The translations under genes were made by a program, and so were the position numbers. 32,000 bases of DNA from Candidatus Saccharimonadota bacterium (GTDB taxonomy: Bacteria > Pseudomonadota > Gammaproteobacteria > Enterobacterales > Enterobacteriaceae). The notes beneath the pieces are model-generated. The model saw only the letters and a program-made list of their open reading frames with translations, was not told the DNA's origin and made no database searches. Location: positions 360,001 through 392,000 of the forward strand of contig NC_014909.2 in NCBI RefSeq assembly GCF_000185985.2. The letters run 5' to 3'. Shown one piece after another: positions 22,317 through 31,196 of this stretch; the stretch's first letter is position 1; every line of letters starts with the position of its first letter.

Positions 22317-22704
22317 AATTAATATCGTACCATTTTTAGATATATTATTAATTTTACTGATTATTTTTATGATGATACCATTTCAATTAATACAAGGATT
22401 TCAAGTTAATCTTCCACACAGTACCAAGGCGGTAAGTATCACTGAGGATAATAAATATGCAATAACTATAGAAATTTTGAAAGAAGGATTATATAATTTT
22501 ATTTATAACAATAAACATATTAATAATATTAATGCATCTAAATTATCATCAGAAATAAATAATATTGTTCAAACAAAACCAGATGTAATATGTTTAATAG
22601 CTGCTGCATCAATTATCAATTATAGTGAAATAATTCATATATTCAATTTATTAAGTACCAGCGGAATTTATTCCATAGGAATGATGACTAATCCGATTAA
22701 TTAA
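22264..22704 (+). CDS. tolR: Tol-Pal system protein TolR
   Basis: From ATG 22264 the protein reads MLLYQQQKKNQRFQIQSEINIVPFLDILLILLIIFM.., which aligns with E. coli ..RRDLKSEINIVPLLDVLLVLLLIFM. At 146 aa it compares with 142 aa in E. coli. The track start at 22192 lies deep inside tolQ. Confidence 0.92.
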   Translation: MLLYQQQKKNQRFQIQSEINIVPFLDILLILLIIFMMIPFQLIQGFQVNLPHSTKAVSITEDNKYAITIEILKEGLYNFIYNNKHINNINASKLSSEINNIVQTKPDVICLIAAASIINYSEIIHIFNLLSTSGIYSIGMMTNPIN

Positions 22705-22726
22705 AAAATGTTAATGTAATATATTT

Positions 22727-23899
22727 ATGATAATACATAATTCTAACCTTACAAAAAAATATTATACAAATATTAAGTATGCTATTTTTATTTCGATAAT
22801 AATGCATATAATTATTTGTCTGGTACTATTTAATTGGGTATCTTTTTTTAAAAAAAAAGATACCCCTTCCTTTATTTTTAAAATTTTTTCTGACAAAGAA
22901 AATGATAATCAAGTAATTAATCATCATCCTCGTCAACGTTCAGAACAATCAGATCGATTCAAAATTACAAACACTTCTTCTAATATCGCTTCATCAGAAA
23001 AACAATCTCTCCATCCTACCCCAGCGTTGAAAAAACAACGTTCAGAACAATCAGATCGATTCAAAATTACAAACACTTCTTCTAATATCGCTTCATCAGA
23101 AAAACAATCTCTCCATCCTACCCCAGCGTTGAAAAAACAACGTTCAGAACAATCAGATCGATTCAAAATTACAAACACTTCTTCTAATATCGCTTCATCA
23201 GAAAAACAATCTCTCCATCCTACCCCAGCGTTGAAAAAACAACGTTCAGAACAATCAGATCGATTCAAAATTACAAACACTTCTTCTAATATCGCTTCAT
23301 CAGAAAAACAATCTCTCCATCCTACCCCAGCGTTGAAAAAACAACGTTCAGAACAATCAGATCGATTCAAAATTACAAACACTTCTTCTAATATCGCTTC
23401 ATCAGAAAAACAATCTCTCCATCCTACCCCAGCGTTGAAAAAACAACGTTCAACTACAGCAAAAAAATTGCTAGCACATCCTCCATTACATAATACTAAC
23501 ATTCATTCTTCTGATTCAAACAAATTAGAAATATTATTAAATAATATACTGATTAGTAATGATAAATACATCCAAAATAATAAAAATTTTCAATCACTTT
23601 TTATAAAAAAAAATAATGCAGTTGAAATTAGAAACAATGAAATCAATTTATATAAAAACTTAATCATTCAATCTATTCAGCAAAAATTCTATAATGTTAC
23701 CGATTATTCTGGAAAGAAATGTGATCTAAAAATTCAGTTAGATCCTAACGGTAAAGTAATATCAGTAACTTCTATTTCTGGAGATTGGATGTTATCCAAA
23801 GCAGCGACAATTGCAGTGCAATTAGCAAATTTTCCTAAACCACCAAATGTGTATGTTTACAATGTTTTTAAAAATATAATTTTAAGTTTTACTCCATAA
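22727..23899 (+). CDS. tolA: Tol-Pal system protein TolA; the central domain consists of five identical 34-aa repeats
   Basis: Has an N-terminal TM anchor (YAIFISIIMHIIICLVLF). The C-terminal domain ..KFYNVTDYSGKKCDLKIQLDPNGKVISV...ANFPKPPNVYVYNVFKNIILSFTP aligns to E. coli TolA domain III (..KFYDASSYAGKTCTLRIKLAPDG...KIPKPPSQAVYEVFKNAPLDFKP). Confidence 0.93.
   Translation: MIIHNSNLTKKYYTNIKYAIFISIIMHIIICLVLFNWVSFFKKKDTPSFIFKIFSDKENDNQVINHHPRQRSEQSDRFKITNTSSNIASSEKQSLHPTPALKKQRSEQSDRFKITNTSSNIASSEKQSLHPTPALKKQRSEQSDRFKITNTSSNIASSEKQSLHPTPALKKQRSEQSDRFKITNTSSNIASSEKQSLHPTPALKKQRSEQSDRFKITNTSSNIASSEKQSLHPTPALKKQRSTTAKKLLAHPPLHNTNIHSSDSNKLEILLNNILISNDKYIQNNKNFQSLFIKKNNAVEIRNNEINLYKNLIIQSIQQKFYNVTDYSGKKCDLKIQLDPNGKVISVTSISGDWMLSKAATIAVQLANFPKPPNVYVYNVFKNIILSFTP
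22934..23452 (+). repeat. Tandem repeat, 102-bp unit x 5 identical copies plus a 9-bp partial sixth copy; in frame within tolA
   Basis: The unit caacgttcagaacaatcagatcgattcaaaattacaaacacttcttctaatatcgcttcatcagaaaaacaatctctccatcctaccccagcgttgaaaaaa starts at 22934, 23036, 23138, 23240 and 23342. By eye there is no substitution between copies. It encodes (Q)RSEQSDRFKITNTSSNIASSEKQSLHPTPALKK. Confidence 0.97.
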
Positions 23900-24048
23900 T
23901 CAATAATATAATTCATAAATCTAATATATTATTAAAAATAATATTTATCTATTTAAATAACGTTAAAAAATGTCTTTATCAAAATATATATAATTGCTAT
24001 ATTAAATATACAAACTAATAATAAATAAACTTCAACTTCATTACGATA

Positions 24049-25431
24049 ATGTATCAAAAATTTTTTCTATTATCTATTTTGTTAAGTACATCGTTCTCTG
24101 CAATTTCGGATATGAAAATTGAAATTACACATGGAGTAAATACTGCTTATCCTATTGCTGTAGTGCCTTTTTCAACTACCTACATGAAACATAATAATAT
24201 ATTAAATAATAATAATAATATAGAAAATATCGGATCTATTATTGCTGCTGATTTACGTAATAGCGGAAAATTCAATACTTTACCTATTTCATTTTTACCG
24301 CATCAACCTTCTAAACTTTCTGATATTGTACCAATGTTTTGGAAAAAATTAGGTATTAATACAATTGTATTAGGATCAATTAATATAGACTGTAATGATA
24401 ATTATCTTATTACGTACCAATTAATAGATACTTCTAGTAATCCTGCATTAATAATTTTAGAAAATCAATACTTAATAAAAAAAAAATATACACGTTGCGC
24501 TGCTCATACTATAAGTAATGAAATTTTTGAAAAATTAACTGGAATAAAAGGGGCATTTTGTACTCGTATTGCATACGTCTCATACATACATAATACTAAA
24601 TATCCTTACGAATTATATGTTGCTGATTATGATGGATATAATCAAATATCTATTTGCCGATCAGCAGAACCATTAATGTCTCCTGCTTGGACTCCAGATG
24701 GAAAAAAAATTGCTTATGTTGCTTTTTCCTCCGGGCATTCAGAACTTGTAGTACAAACCTTGGGTACTGGACTAATTAACCATATTATTAAATTTCCTAA
24801 TCACAATGGAGCTCCAGCATTTTCTCCGGATGGGGAAAAATTGGCATTTAGTTCATCAAAAACAGGTAGTTTAAATTTATATGTCATGTATTTATCATCT
24901 GGAAAGATTTGTCAAATAACCTCAAATAGACATAATAATACAGAACCTAGTTGGTTTCCTGATAATACAAATTTAGCATATACTTCTGATCAAGGAGGTA
25001 TTCCTCAGATATATAAAATTAACATCAATAACATTATTGATAATCAAAGAATATCTTGGCTTCCTGGAAGTAATCAAAAACCAAACATTAGTTCTGATGG
25101 AAATTTTATAATTATGGTTAACAGGTACAAGGGGCAACAAAATATATCTAAGCTAGATTTATTAACTGAAAAGGAAGAAATTTTAACTAAACGCTCGTTT
25201 TTAGCAGATACACCTAGTATAGCTCCTAACGAAATTATGATTATATATAGTTCTATTTTAAAAAAATCAACATCTGTTTCTATCATTCACGATAATGATG
25301 AAAATAATGAAAAATCTGTGTTAGAATTAATATCTGTTGACGGTCACTTTAAAGCTAATTTAAAAGGTGCATCAGGAAGTTTAAGATTTCCTGTTTGGTC
25401 ATCATCATCATGGACTTGCCCTAAAAAATAA
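24049..25431 (+). CDS. tolB: Tol-Pal system periplasmic beta-propeller protein TolB
   Basis: 460 aa with an N-terminal signal-like segment. Carries repeated SP(A/S)WSPDG-type propeller motifs (SPAWTPDGKKIAYV, APAFSPDGEKLAF, EPSWFPDNTNLAY). It lies between tolA and pal. Confidence 0.95.
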   Translation: MYQKFFLLSILLSTSFSAISDMKIEITHGVNTAYPIAVVPFSTTYMKHNNILNNNNNIENIGSIIAADLRNSGKFNTLPISFLPHQPSKLSDIVPMFWKKLGINTIVLGSINIDCNDNYLITYQLIDTSSNPALIILENQYLIKKKYTRCAAHTISNEIFEKLTGIKGAFCTRIAYVSYIHNTKYPYELYVADYDGYNQISICRSAEPLMSPAWTPDGKKIAYVAFSSGHSELVVQTLGTGLINHIIKFPNHNGAPAFSPDGEKLAFSSSKTGSLNLYVMYLSSGKICQITSNRHNNTEPSWFPDNTNLAYTSDQGGIPQIYKININNIIDNQRISWLPGSNQKPNISSDGNFIIMVNRYKGQQNISKLDLLTEKEEILTKRSFLADTPSIAPNEIMIIYSSILKKSTSVSIIHDNDENNEKSVLELISVDGHFKANLKGASGSLRFPVWSSSSWTCPKK

Positions 25432-25546
25432 AACTATATATAATAACAAATGGAATATGTATTTAATTTGTATATAAAGATTTTAATTCAATATCAGTAT
25501 TTATATAAAAACCCAAAACACTATTAAGAGATTATTAGGTATTTAT

Positions 25547-26074
25547 ATGAAAATTAGTCAATCTACTTTCATTACGTATATATATAGACTTGGAATAAGT
25601 ATCATAATGTTTTTATATACATCTTGCACACACATATCTAAGGATTATGAGAAACATGTCGATAATATAGATTATTTAAATAAATTAGATACAAATAGTA
25701 TTGACAATATTATCAATCAACCTAATAAATTAAATAGACAACATTTACAATCTAAAAATATAATTTATTTTCCTTTAGATCAATATAATATTCCATCTGT
25801 TTTTTTTGACATTTTAGATGTACATGCTATTTTTTTACGAAAAAATCCATTACATCACATTATAATAGAAGGACATACAGATGAACGAGGTACTCCGGAA
25901 TATAATATTGGACTAGGAGAACGTCGAGCCTATTCGATAAAAAAGTATTTACAAAGCAAAGGAGTATTATCTAATCAAATTAGTACTATTTCTTATGGAA
26001 AAGAAAAACCTGTTTCTTTTGGACATACTGAGGAATCATATTCTCAAAACAGACGAGGAGTGTTATTATATTAA
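25547..26074 (+). CDS. pal: Peptidoglycan-associated lipoprotein Pal
   Basis: 175 aa with a hydrophobic leader ending ..LYTSC. OmpA-like domain: [42 protein letters not shown]. Confidence 0.95.
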   Translation: MKISQSTFITYIYRLGISIIMFLYTSCTHISKDYEKHVDNIDYLNKLDTNSIDNIINQPNKLNRQHLQSKNIIYFPLDQYNIPSVFFDILDVHAIFLRKNPLHHIIIEGHTDERGTPEYNIGLGERRAYSIKKYLQSKGVLSNQISTISYGKEKPVSFGHTEESYSQNRRGVLLY

Positions 26075-26114
26075 CAATATATATATATCATATAATAAAA
26101 TTTATCTTATTTTT

Positions 26115-26849
26115 TTGTTGATTTTTTATGCAATAAGTACTGGTGTTATTTCAAATACAACATCTTTAGATAATTATATTCATGTTGCTCATGCAAAAAA
26201 AATATGCTCCAAAATTAATTTAGATCAAAAAATTAAAGAATTAAACCGAGTATTAGATGCCCACAGCCAGTGTTTAATTCAATTACAACAACAATTATTA
26301 GAAAATCAACAAGATATCGATACATTACGCAGTTGTATTCAGGATACTCAACATTGCATTCAAAGTATGAGGAATACTAATAACACAATAGAGAATTATG
26401 AAAAAATATGCGAAAAATCACGTTCAAATACAAATGTCATTAATAAAAAACAACAATTTTTAAATAATATAGAAGATGCTGATTATAAATTAGCAGTATC
26501 ATTAGTTTTAGAAAAGAAACAATATGATCGAGCTATTCAAACATTTCAGGATTTTATAAAAAATTATCCTCAATCTAATTACCAGCCAAATGCACATTAT
26601 TGGTTAGGACAATTGTATTATAATCAAAATGATAAAAATAATGCTTCCTATCATTTTGCACTAGTTGTAAAAAATTATCCCAAATCTTCAAAAGCACCTG
26701 ATGCATTGTTAAAAATAGGAATAATTATGCAAGAAACCAATCAAATAGACAAATCTAAAACAATATATAAACAATTAGGGAAATTATATCCTAACAGTAA
26801 CGCTGCTAAACATGCACAAAAACAATTAACATATTTAAAAAATAAATAA
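26115..26849 (+). CDS. cpoB: Cell division coordinator CpoB (YbgF), TPR protein; start codon uncertain
   Basis: LDAHSQCLIQLQQQLLENQQDIDTLR and FQDFIKNYPQSNYQPNAHYWLGQLYYN...VVKNYPKSSKAPDALLKIGIIMQ are colinear with E. coli CpoB. There is no in-frame ATG between the pal stop and the signal-like segment IYLIFLLIFYAISTG. I provisionally use TTG 26115. The alternatives are ATT 26100, TTG 26118, or the ATG 25995 inside pal. Confidence 0.85.
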   Translation: MLIFYAISTGVISNTTSLDNYIHVAHAKKICSKINLDQKIKELNRVLDAHSQCLIQLQQQLLENQQDIDTLRSCIQDTQHCIQSMRNTNNTIENYEKICEKSRSNTNVINKKQQFLNNIEDADYKLAVSLVLEKKQYDRAIQTFQDFIKNYPQSNYQPNAHYWLGQLYYNQNDKNNASYHFALVVKNYPKSSKAPDALLKIGIIMQETNQIDKSKTIYKQLGKLYPNSNAAKHAQKQLTYLKNK

Positions 26850-27126
26850 CAAGTTGTTTATATTTTTTGATATATATTCTATTCTATACACTTTAAAATA
26901 TTTAGTACTAGATATAATATTTATCTGTACTTACAGTAATTTATAATCGCATCATTAATATAATGCGATAAACTAAAAAATTTTAAACAAATTACATAAT
27001 TTTCTTTATTCTTATTACAATTAGCAACTAAAATTTAGTTAATTTAACAAAAAAATATAAATTTATAAAAAAAATATGTATTTTATTAATATTTATAGAA
27101 ATATTATATTTTGTATATATTAATTT

Positions 27127-28158
27127 TTATATAAAAACAATATTGATCCACATCGGCCCTTTTCCTGATTGATAGCGAGATAAAAAATTCAATTTTCCAT
27201 TCTTTAAGTTAATTCGATATAAAGAAATACAATGAGATTTTTGGCCAGCAACAATTAAAAAATTTCCTGTTTTATCTATTGCAAAGCCACGAGGTTGTTT
27301 TTCGGTATGTTTGTATCCTATAAACCTTAATTTTTTCGTATCTGAAAGTATTTCAAAATAACTAATAGTATTAGTTAATCTATCAGAACAATACACCCAA
27401 CGACTATCAGGAGTTATATGTATATCAGCTGCCCACAATTTGTTTATGTTAACACCATAAGTAATAGGTAATATATTTATTGTTTGTATAATACATAAAT
27501 ATTTTTCTTTTATATTGTATGATAATACATTAATCGTTCCATTAAATTCATTAATAACATACGCATAATCAGCAGATCTATGAAAAATCATATGACGAGG
27601 TCCGGAATCTATTTTAGTTTTAATATAATTTAAATGGTATGGTATTAATTTTCCGTTATGCTTATTTATATTAAATAATCTCACTACATTTTCTTTTAAA
27701 CATGGAACCCAAAGTAACCTTTCAGTTCTATCTATATTAACTGAATGACAACCCAATAAATTTTCTATAGTTTGCACAATACTATTATTATCATTGGGCA
27801 TACCTGAATCATCAAGAGCAATAACACTAATGGCATTATAATTGTAAGATGCATAATACAAAAAAGTACTTTGAGCATTCATAGTAATATGTGTAGGACT
27901 GCTTGCAATGTTCACAATTTTTATTTTGTTTAATAATCCTTCTCGATTTATACAATAAGTATAAATACTAAAATTAGGACGTATTCCAACATATAAAAAT
28001 CGTTGAGTAGGATTAATCGCCATAGGTTGAGCTTGACCACAAGTAGATACTATTTGCATTAATTCTAATAATTCCTTAAATTCATCTAATTTCCAAACAT
28101 AAATTTGCTGACTTTCAGGGCTAGCTACATAAACAATCTGTGTTATTTTTGATTTCAT
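27127..28158 (-). CDS. pgl: 6-phosphogluconolactonase (YbhE/Pgl beta-propeller type)
   Basis: From ATG 28156-28158 the protein reads [24 protein letters not shown].., compared with E. coli [20 protein letters not shown]. Also carries [26 protein letters not shown] and GQKSH. The track start at 28188 adds 10 unsupported residues. Confidence 0.93.
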   Translation of the reverse strand: [343 protein letters not shown]

Positions 28159-28396
28159 ATTATTAATTTTATAAATATAATTATGCAATATTATTTAAAT
28201 AATATATTTTTAATATTTTAAAATCTCTTAACTACAAATGTATAATAAAAAATGTTTACCATAAATTTTATATATATGTAATTACATTAGTGATATTTAA
28301 AATAAATGCATATAATAAATATATATTTATTTAATTTAAATATCTTTATAGGCTATACTATACATGATGTTTTTAAAAATAAAATAGTGAGTTTTT

Positions 28397-29104
28397 ATGA
28401 ATATAAATAAAATTCAAGTAGTATTTGTCAGACATGGAGAAAGTGAATGGAATAAAAATAATCGATTTACTGGATGGGTTGATATTGATTTATCAAACAG
28501 AGGTCATCTTGAAGCGAAACAAGCTGGTCAATTACTTAAAAAGAATAATTTTATCTTTACTTACGGATATACTTCTGTTTTAAAAAGAGCGATACACACT
28601 TTATGGATAATCTTAGATCAACTAAATCAAGCATGGCTACCAATAAAAAAATCTTGGAAATTAAATGAACGTCATTATGGAGCTTTACAAGGATTAAATA
28701 AAGATGAAGCTATAAAAAAATACGGTTATGAAACAATTCAAAAATGGCGCCGTAATTTTAAAGATATCCCTCCAGGTAGGGTAAAAAATAAAAATCTAAT
28801 TACAGAAATAGATGACATTCATTACAACATTATGGGAATTCATAATCTCCCTAATGGAGAAAGTTTGGAGTTAACTGCAAATAGAGTTATTCCATATTGG
28901 AAAAACGTTATTATTCCTGACATCAATAATAATAACCATACGATTATTATCGTCACTCATGGAAATTCAATAAGAGCAATGATAAAATTTTTAAACTGTT
29001 TAAGTGAAACTGAAATTTCTAAAGTTGAAGTTCCTACCGGGACCCCATTAATATATGAATTTAATCGTGATTTTCAACCTATAAAACATTATTATTTATC
29101 TTGA
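28397..29104 (+). CDS. gpmA: 2,3-bisphosphoglycerate-dependent phosphoglycerate mutase
   Basis: 235 aa. FVRHGESEWNKNNRFTGW contains the catalytic His motif. Also carries LNERHYGALQGLNK and VTHGNSIRA. Confidence 0.96.
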   Translation: MNINKIQVVFVRHGESEWNKNNRFTGWVDIDLSNRGHLEAKQAGQLLKKNNFIFTYGYTSVLKRAIHTLWIILDQLNQAWLPIKKSWKLNERHYGALQGLNKDEAIKKYGYETIQKWRRNFKDIPPGRVKNKNLITEIDDIHYNIMGIHNLPNGESLELTANRVIPYWKNVIIPDINNNNHTIIIVTHGNSIRAMIKFLNCLSETEISKVEVPTGTPLIYEFNRDFQPIKHYYLS

Positions 29105-29158
29105 TTTTGTAATTTTTTAAGTTTTTCATTTGTAAATATAAATAATGCTACCAATTGG

Positions 29159-29252
29159 GAGCATTATAAAAGAAACAATTATTTTTATCAACAAAATGTT
29201 ATATTTGTATAACATTTTGTTGATAAAAATAATTGTTTCTTTTATAATGCTC
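29159..29252. repeat. Perfect inverted repeat (palindrome): 45-bp arms around the 4-nt centre tttg
   Basis: The left arm, 29159-29203, is gagcattataaaagaaacaattatttttatcaacaaaatgttata. The right arm, 29208-29252, is its exact reverse complement tataacattttgttgataaaaataattgtttcttttataatgctc (checked base by base). An upstream copy of ataatgct (29142-29149) can alternatively pair with agcattat (29160-29167) around the palindromic ccaattgg. Confidence 0.97.
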
Positions 29253-29288
29253 AGAAATTTTATTTTAATTATCAAAAGGTGATGGATT

Positions 29289-29999
29289 ATGGATCGATTT
29301 TCCCGTTTTCAGGGCATATTATCTGATCGAGATAATACTATAATACAGCCATTTATATCTCAAGTATTTGGATGGATGTCTTGTGGATTATTATTAACTG
29401 CTTTTGTTGCATGGTATACTTCTAAAAGTCCTGTAGTTTTACAACTTTTATTTTCCAACCAAATAATATTTTTTGGATTAGTAATTAGTCAGTTAGCATT
29501 AGTATTTGTTTTATCTGGAATGGTAATTAAACTTAATGGATCTTTAGCAACTACTTTATTTATGTTGTATTCCGTATTAACTGGCTTAACTCTATCTAGT
29601 GTATTTATTTTATATACAACATCTTCAATCTCTAGTACTTTTTTAGTAACATCCGGGATGTTTGGAGCAATGACATTGTATGGATATACAACTAAAAGAG
29701 ATTTAAGCAGTTTTGGAAATTTACTACTAATGGCATTAATTGGTATTATGCTAGCCTCTTTAGTTAATTTGTGGGTAAAAAATACAGCCATTATGTGGAT
29801 AATTACCTATGTTGGAGTCCTAGTATTTGTAGGATTAACTGCGTATGATATGCAAAAGATAAAATCTATTGGTGCATCTTTATCTATAGAAGATCAGGAT
29901 CAATTTCGTAAATACTCAATTATAGGAGCTCTAACCTTATATTTAGATTTCATTAATCTATTTTTAATGATGGTTCGTATATTTGGAAATAGACGGTAA
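29289..29999 (+). CDS. ybhL: Bax-inhibitor-1/YccA family inner membrane protein YbhL
   Basis: 236 aa and colinear with E. coli YbhL from the first to the last residue (MDRF..., LFMLYSVLTGLTLSS, YGYTTKRDLS, FVGLTAYDMQK, GALTLYLDFINLFLMMVRIFGNRR). AAGGTGA lies 7 nt upstream of the ATG. Confidence 0.95.
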   Translation: MDRFSRFQGILSDRDNTIIQPFISQVFGWMSCGLLLTAFVAWYTSKSPVVLQLLFSNQIIFFGLVISQLALVFVLSGMVIKLNGSLATTLFMLYSVLTGLTLSSVFILYTTSSISSTFLVTSGMFGAMTLYGYTTKRDLSSFGNLLLMALIGIMLASLVNLWVKNTAIMWIITYVGVLVFVGLTAYDMQKIKSIGASLSIEDQDQFRKYSIIGALTLYLDFINLFLMMVRIFGNRR

Positions 30000-30022
30000 T
30001 TAGTTAATTTAATTTTATCCCA

Positions 30023-30078
30023 TCCTATTATACCTTTCTGCCTTTTTTTAAAACAGAGAAGCGCAAGGTATAATAGGA
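30023..30078. terminator. Stem-loop between the convergent genes ybhL and ychF; candidate bidirectional terminator
   Basis: cctattatacctt (30024-30036) and aaggtataatagg (30065-30077) form a perfect 13-bp inverted repeat, with one further flanking T-A pair. The 28-nt loop contains a run of T followed by a run of A. Confidence 0.4.
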
Positions 30079-30125
30079 AAGTTATTATCCATGATAATTA
30101 ACTAAGTTTCTTAAAATAAGAAATT

Positions 30126-31196
30126 TTAGATACGAAATAAAAATTTCAAAATGTCTCCATCTTCTACAGAATAAATTTTGCTTTCATTGCGAACTTTTCC
30201 ATGTTTCTTTCCTCCTATTTCTCCTTTATTTTCAATAAAATCAGAAAATTTGATTACTTGAACACGAATAAAACCTTTTTTAAAATCACTATGTACCTTA
30301 TCTGATACATTAAATGCAGTATCTCCTTTAACACAGGTCCATGCTCGAATCATTTTAGAATTAACAGTAAAAAATGTATTTAATTGTAACAAAGATATAA
30401 CATGTTCAATAATAGAATTAAATAATATAGAATATGTATTCTTGCACTCTAAAACTAATTTAGTATTAGAATTTTCTAAACAATATGAAACAATTGGAGC
30501 ATAATTTTGATTAGATGTCAGTTTTTGTAATTGTTGAAGATAAATGTTACTTTCACTTTGTTTATTAATATTAGCAATATAAATAACTGGCTTAAAAGTT
30601 AAAAAATTAAATTTTTGAATATTTTGTTTTTCTATTAAAGACCATTGAATACTTCTCAAAAGAATACCTTCATATAACTGATCCAAACATTTTTTCAATA
30701 TATATAACTGTTGATCATGATTAATACTTGTATATTGCGTTTTATAGTTTTTTTTAATAAAAGAAATATATTTCTCACATTTATCTATATCAAATAAAAT
30801 TAATTCCGTATTTATAATATTAATATCTCTACAAGGATCTATATTATTCTTAATATGACAAATATTATCATCATCAAAACAACGTATTACATGACAGAAT
30901 ATTTTAATAAATTGTACATGATTTAAAATGTTTGGACCTAAACCTATACCATGTGCAGCACCTTCTATTAAACCAGCAACGTCAGTAAATTCTATTATTT
31001 CATGCACTATTTTATGTGTATGTACTATACGATTTAATTCATACAAACGAAATTCAGGGATTTTTACTACCGCAATATTAGGCTGAATAGTACAAAAAGG
31101 GAAATTAGCTATTTTAACAGGTATTTTAGTTAAAACTTTAAATAACGTCGATTTACCTACATTAGGCAAACCAATAATCCCGCAACTAATCTTCAT
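30126..31196 (-). CDS. ychF: Ribosome-binding ATPase YchF
   Basis: 356 aa. CGIIGLPNVGKSTLF is the G1 motif. Also carries NFPFCTIQPN, DVAGLIEGA, the TGS domain ..RAWT.., and the C-terminus DGDILKFLF. It lies downstream of pth as in E. coli. Confidence 0.96.
   Translation of the reverse strand: MKISCGIIGLPNVGKSTLFKVLTKIPVKIANFPFCTIQPNIAVVKIPEFRLYELNRIVHTHKIVHEIIEFTDVAGLIEGAAHGIGLGPNILNHVQFIKIFCHVIRCFDDDNICHIKNNIDPCRDINIINTELILFDIDKCEKYISFIKKNYKTQYTSINHDQQLYILKKCLDQLYEGILLRSIQWSLIEKQNIQKFNFLTFKPVIYIANINKQSESNIYLQQLQKLTSNQNYAPIVSYCLENSNTKLVLECKNTYSILFNSIIEHVISLLQLNTFFTVNSKMIRAWTCVKGDTAFNVSDKVHSDFKKGFIRVQVIKFSDFIENKGEIGGKKHGKVRNESKIYSVEDGDILKFLFRI

Noticed and set aside
22934-23452. A regularly spaced repeat array that could superficially be taken for a CRISPR array.
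   Set aside because: The units are directly abutting with no spacers. The period is 102 bp, it is in frame inside tolA, and there are no cas genes nearby.
22933-23502. A 189-aa ORF antisense to tolA, with its own five-fold internal repeat.
   Set aside because: It stays open only because one stop-free 102-bp unit is repeated five times. The sense strand carries the TolA anchor and C-terminal domain in the same continuous frame.
25074-25286. A 70-aa ORF antisense to tolB. The same applies to the 100-aa ORF at 29489-29791 antisense to ybhL.
   Set aside because: These are shadow ORFs inside conserved genes.
26946-26969. A 7-bp stem-loop (atcgcat / atgcgat, 10-nt loop) between cpoB and pgl, and a 9-bp AT-rich stem-loop after ubiF (3779-3800). 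Both are possible terminators.
   Set aside because: The stems are short and mostly A-T, with no convincing U-tract. Structures like these are expected by chance at this base composition.
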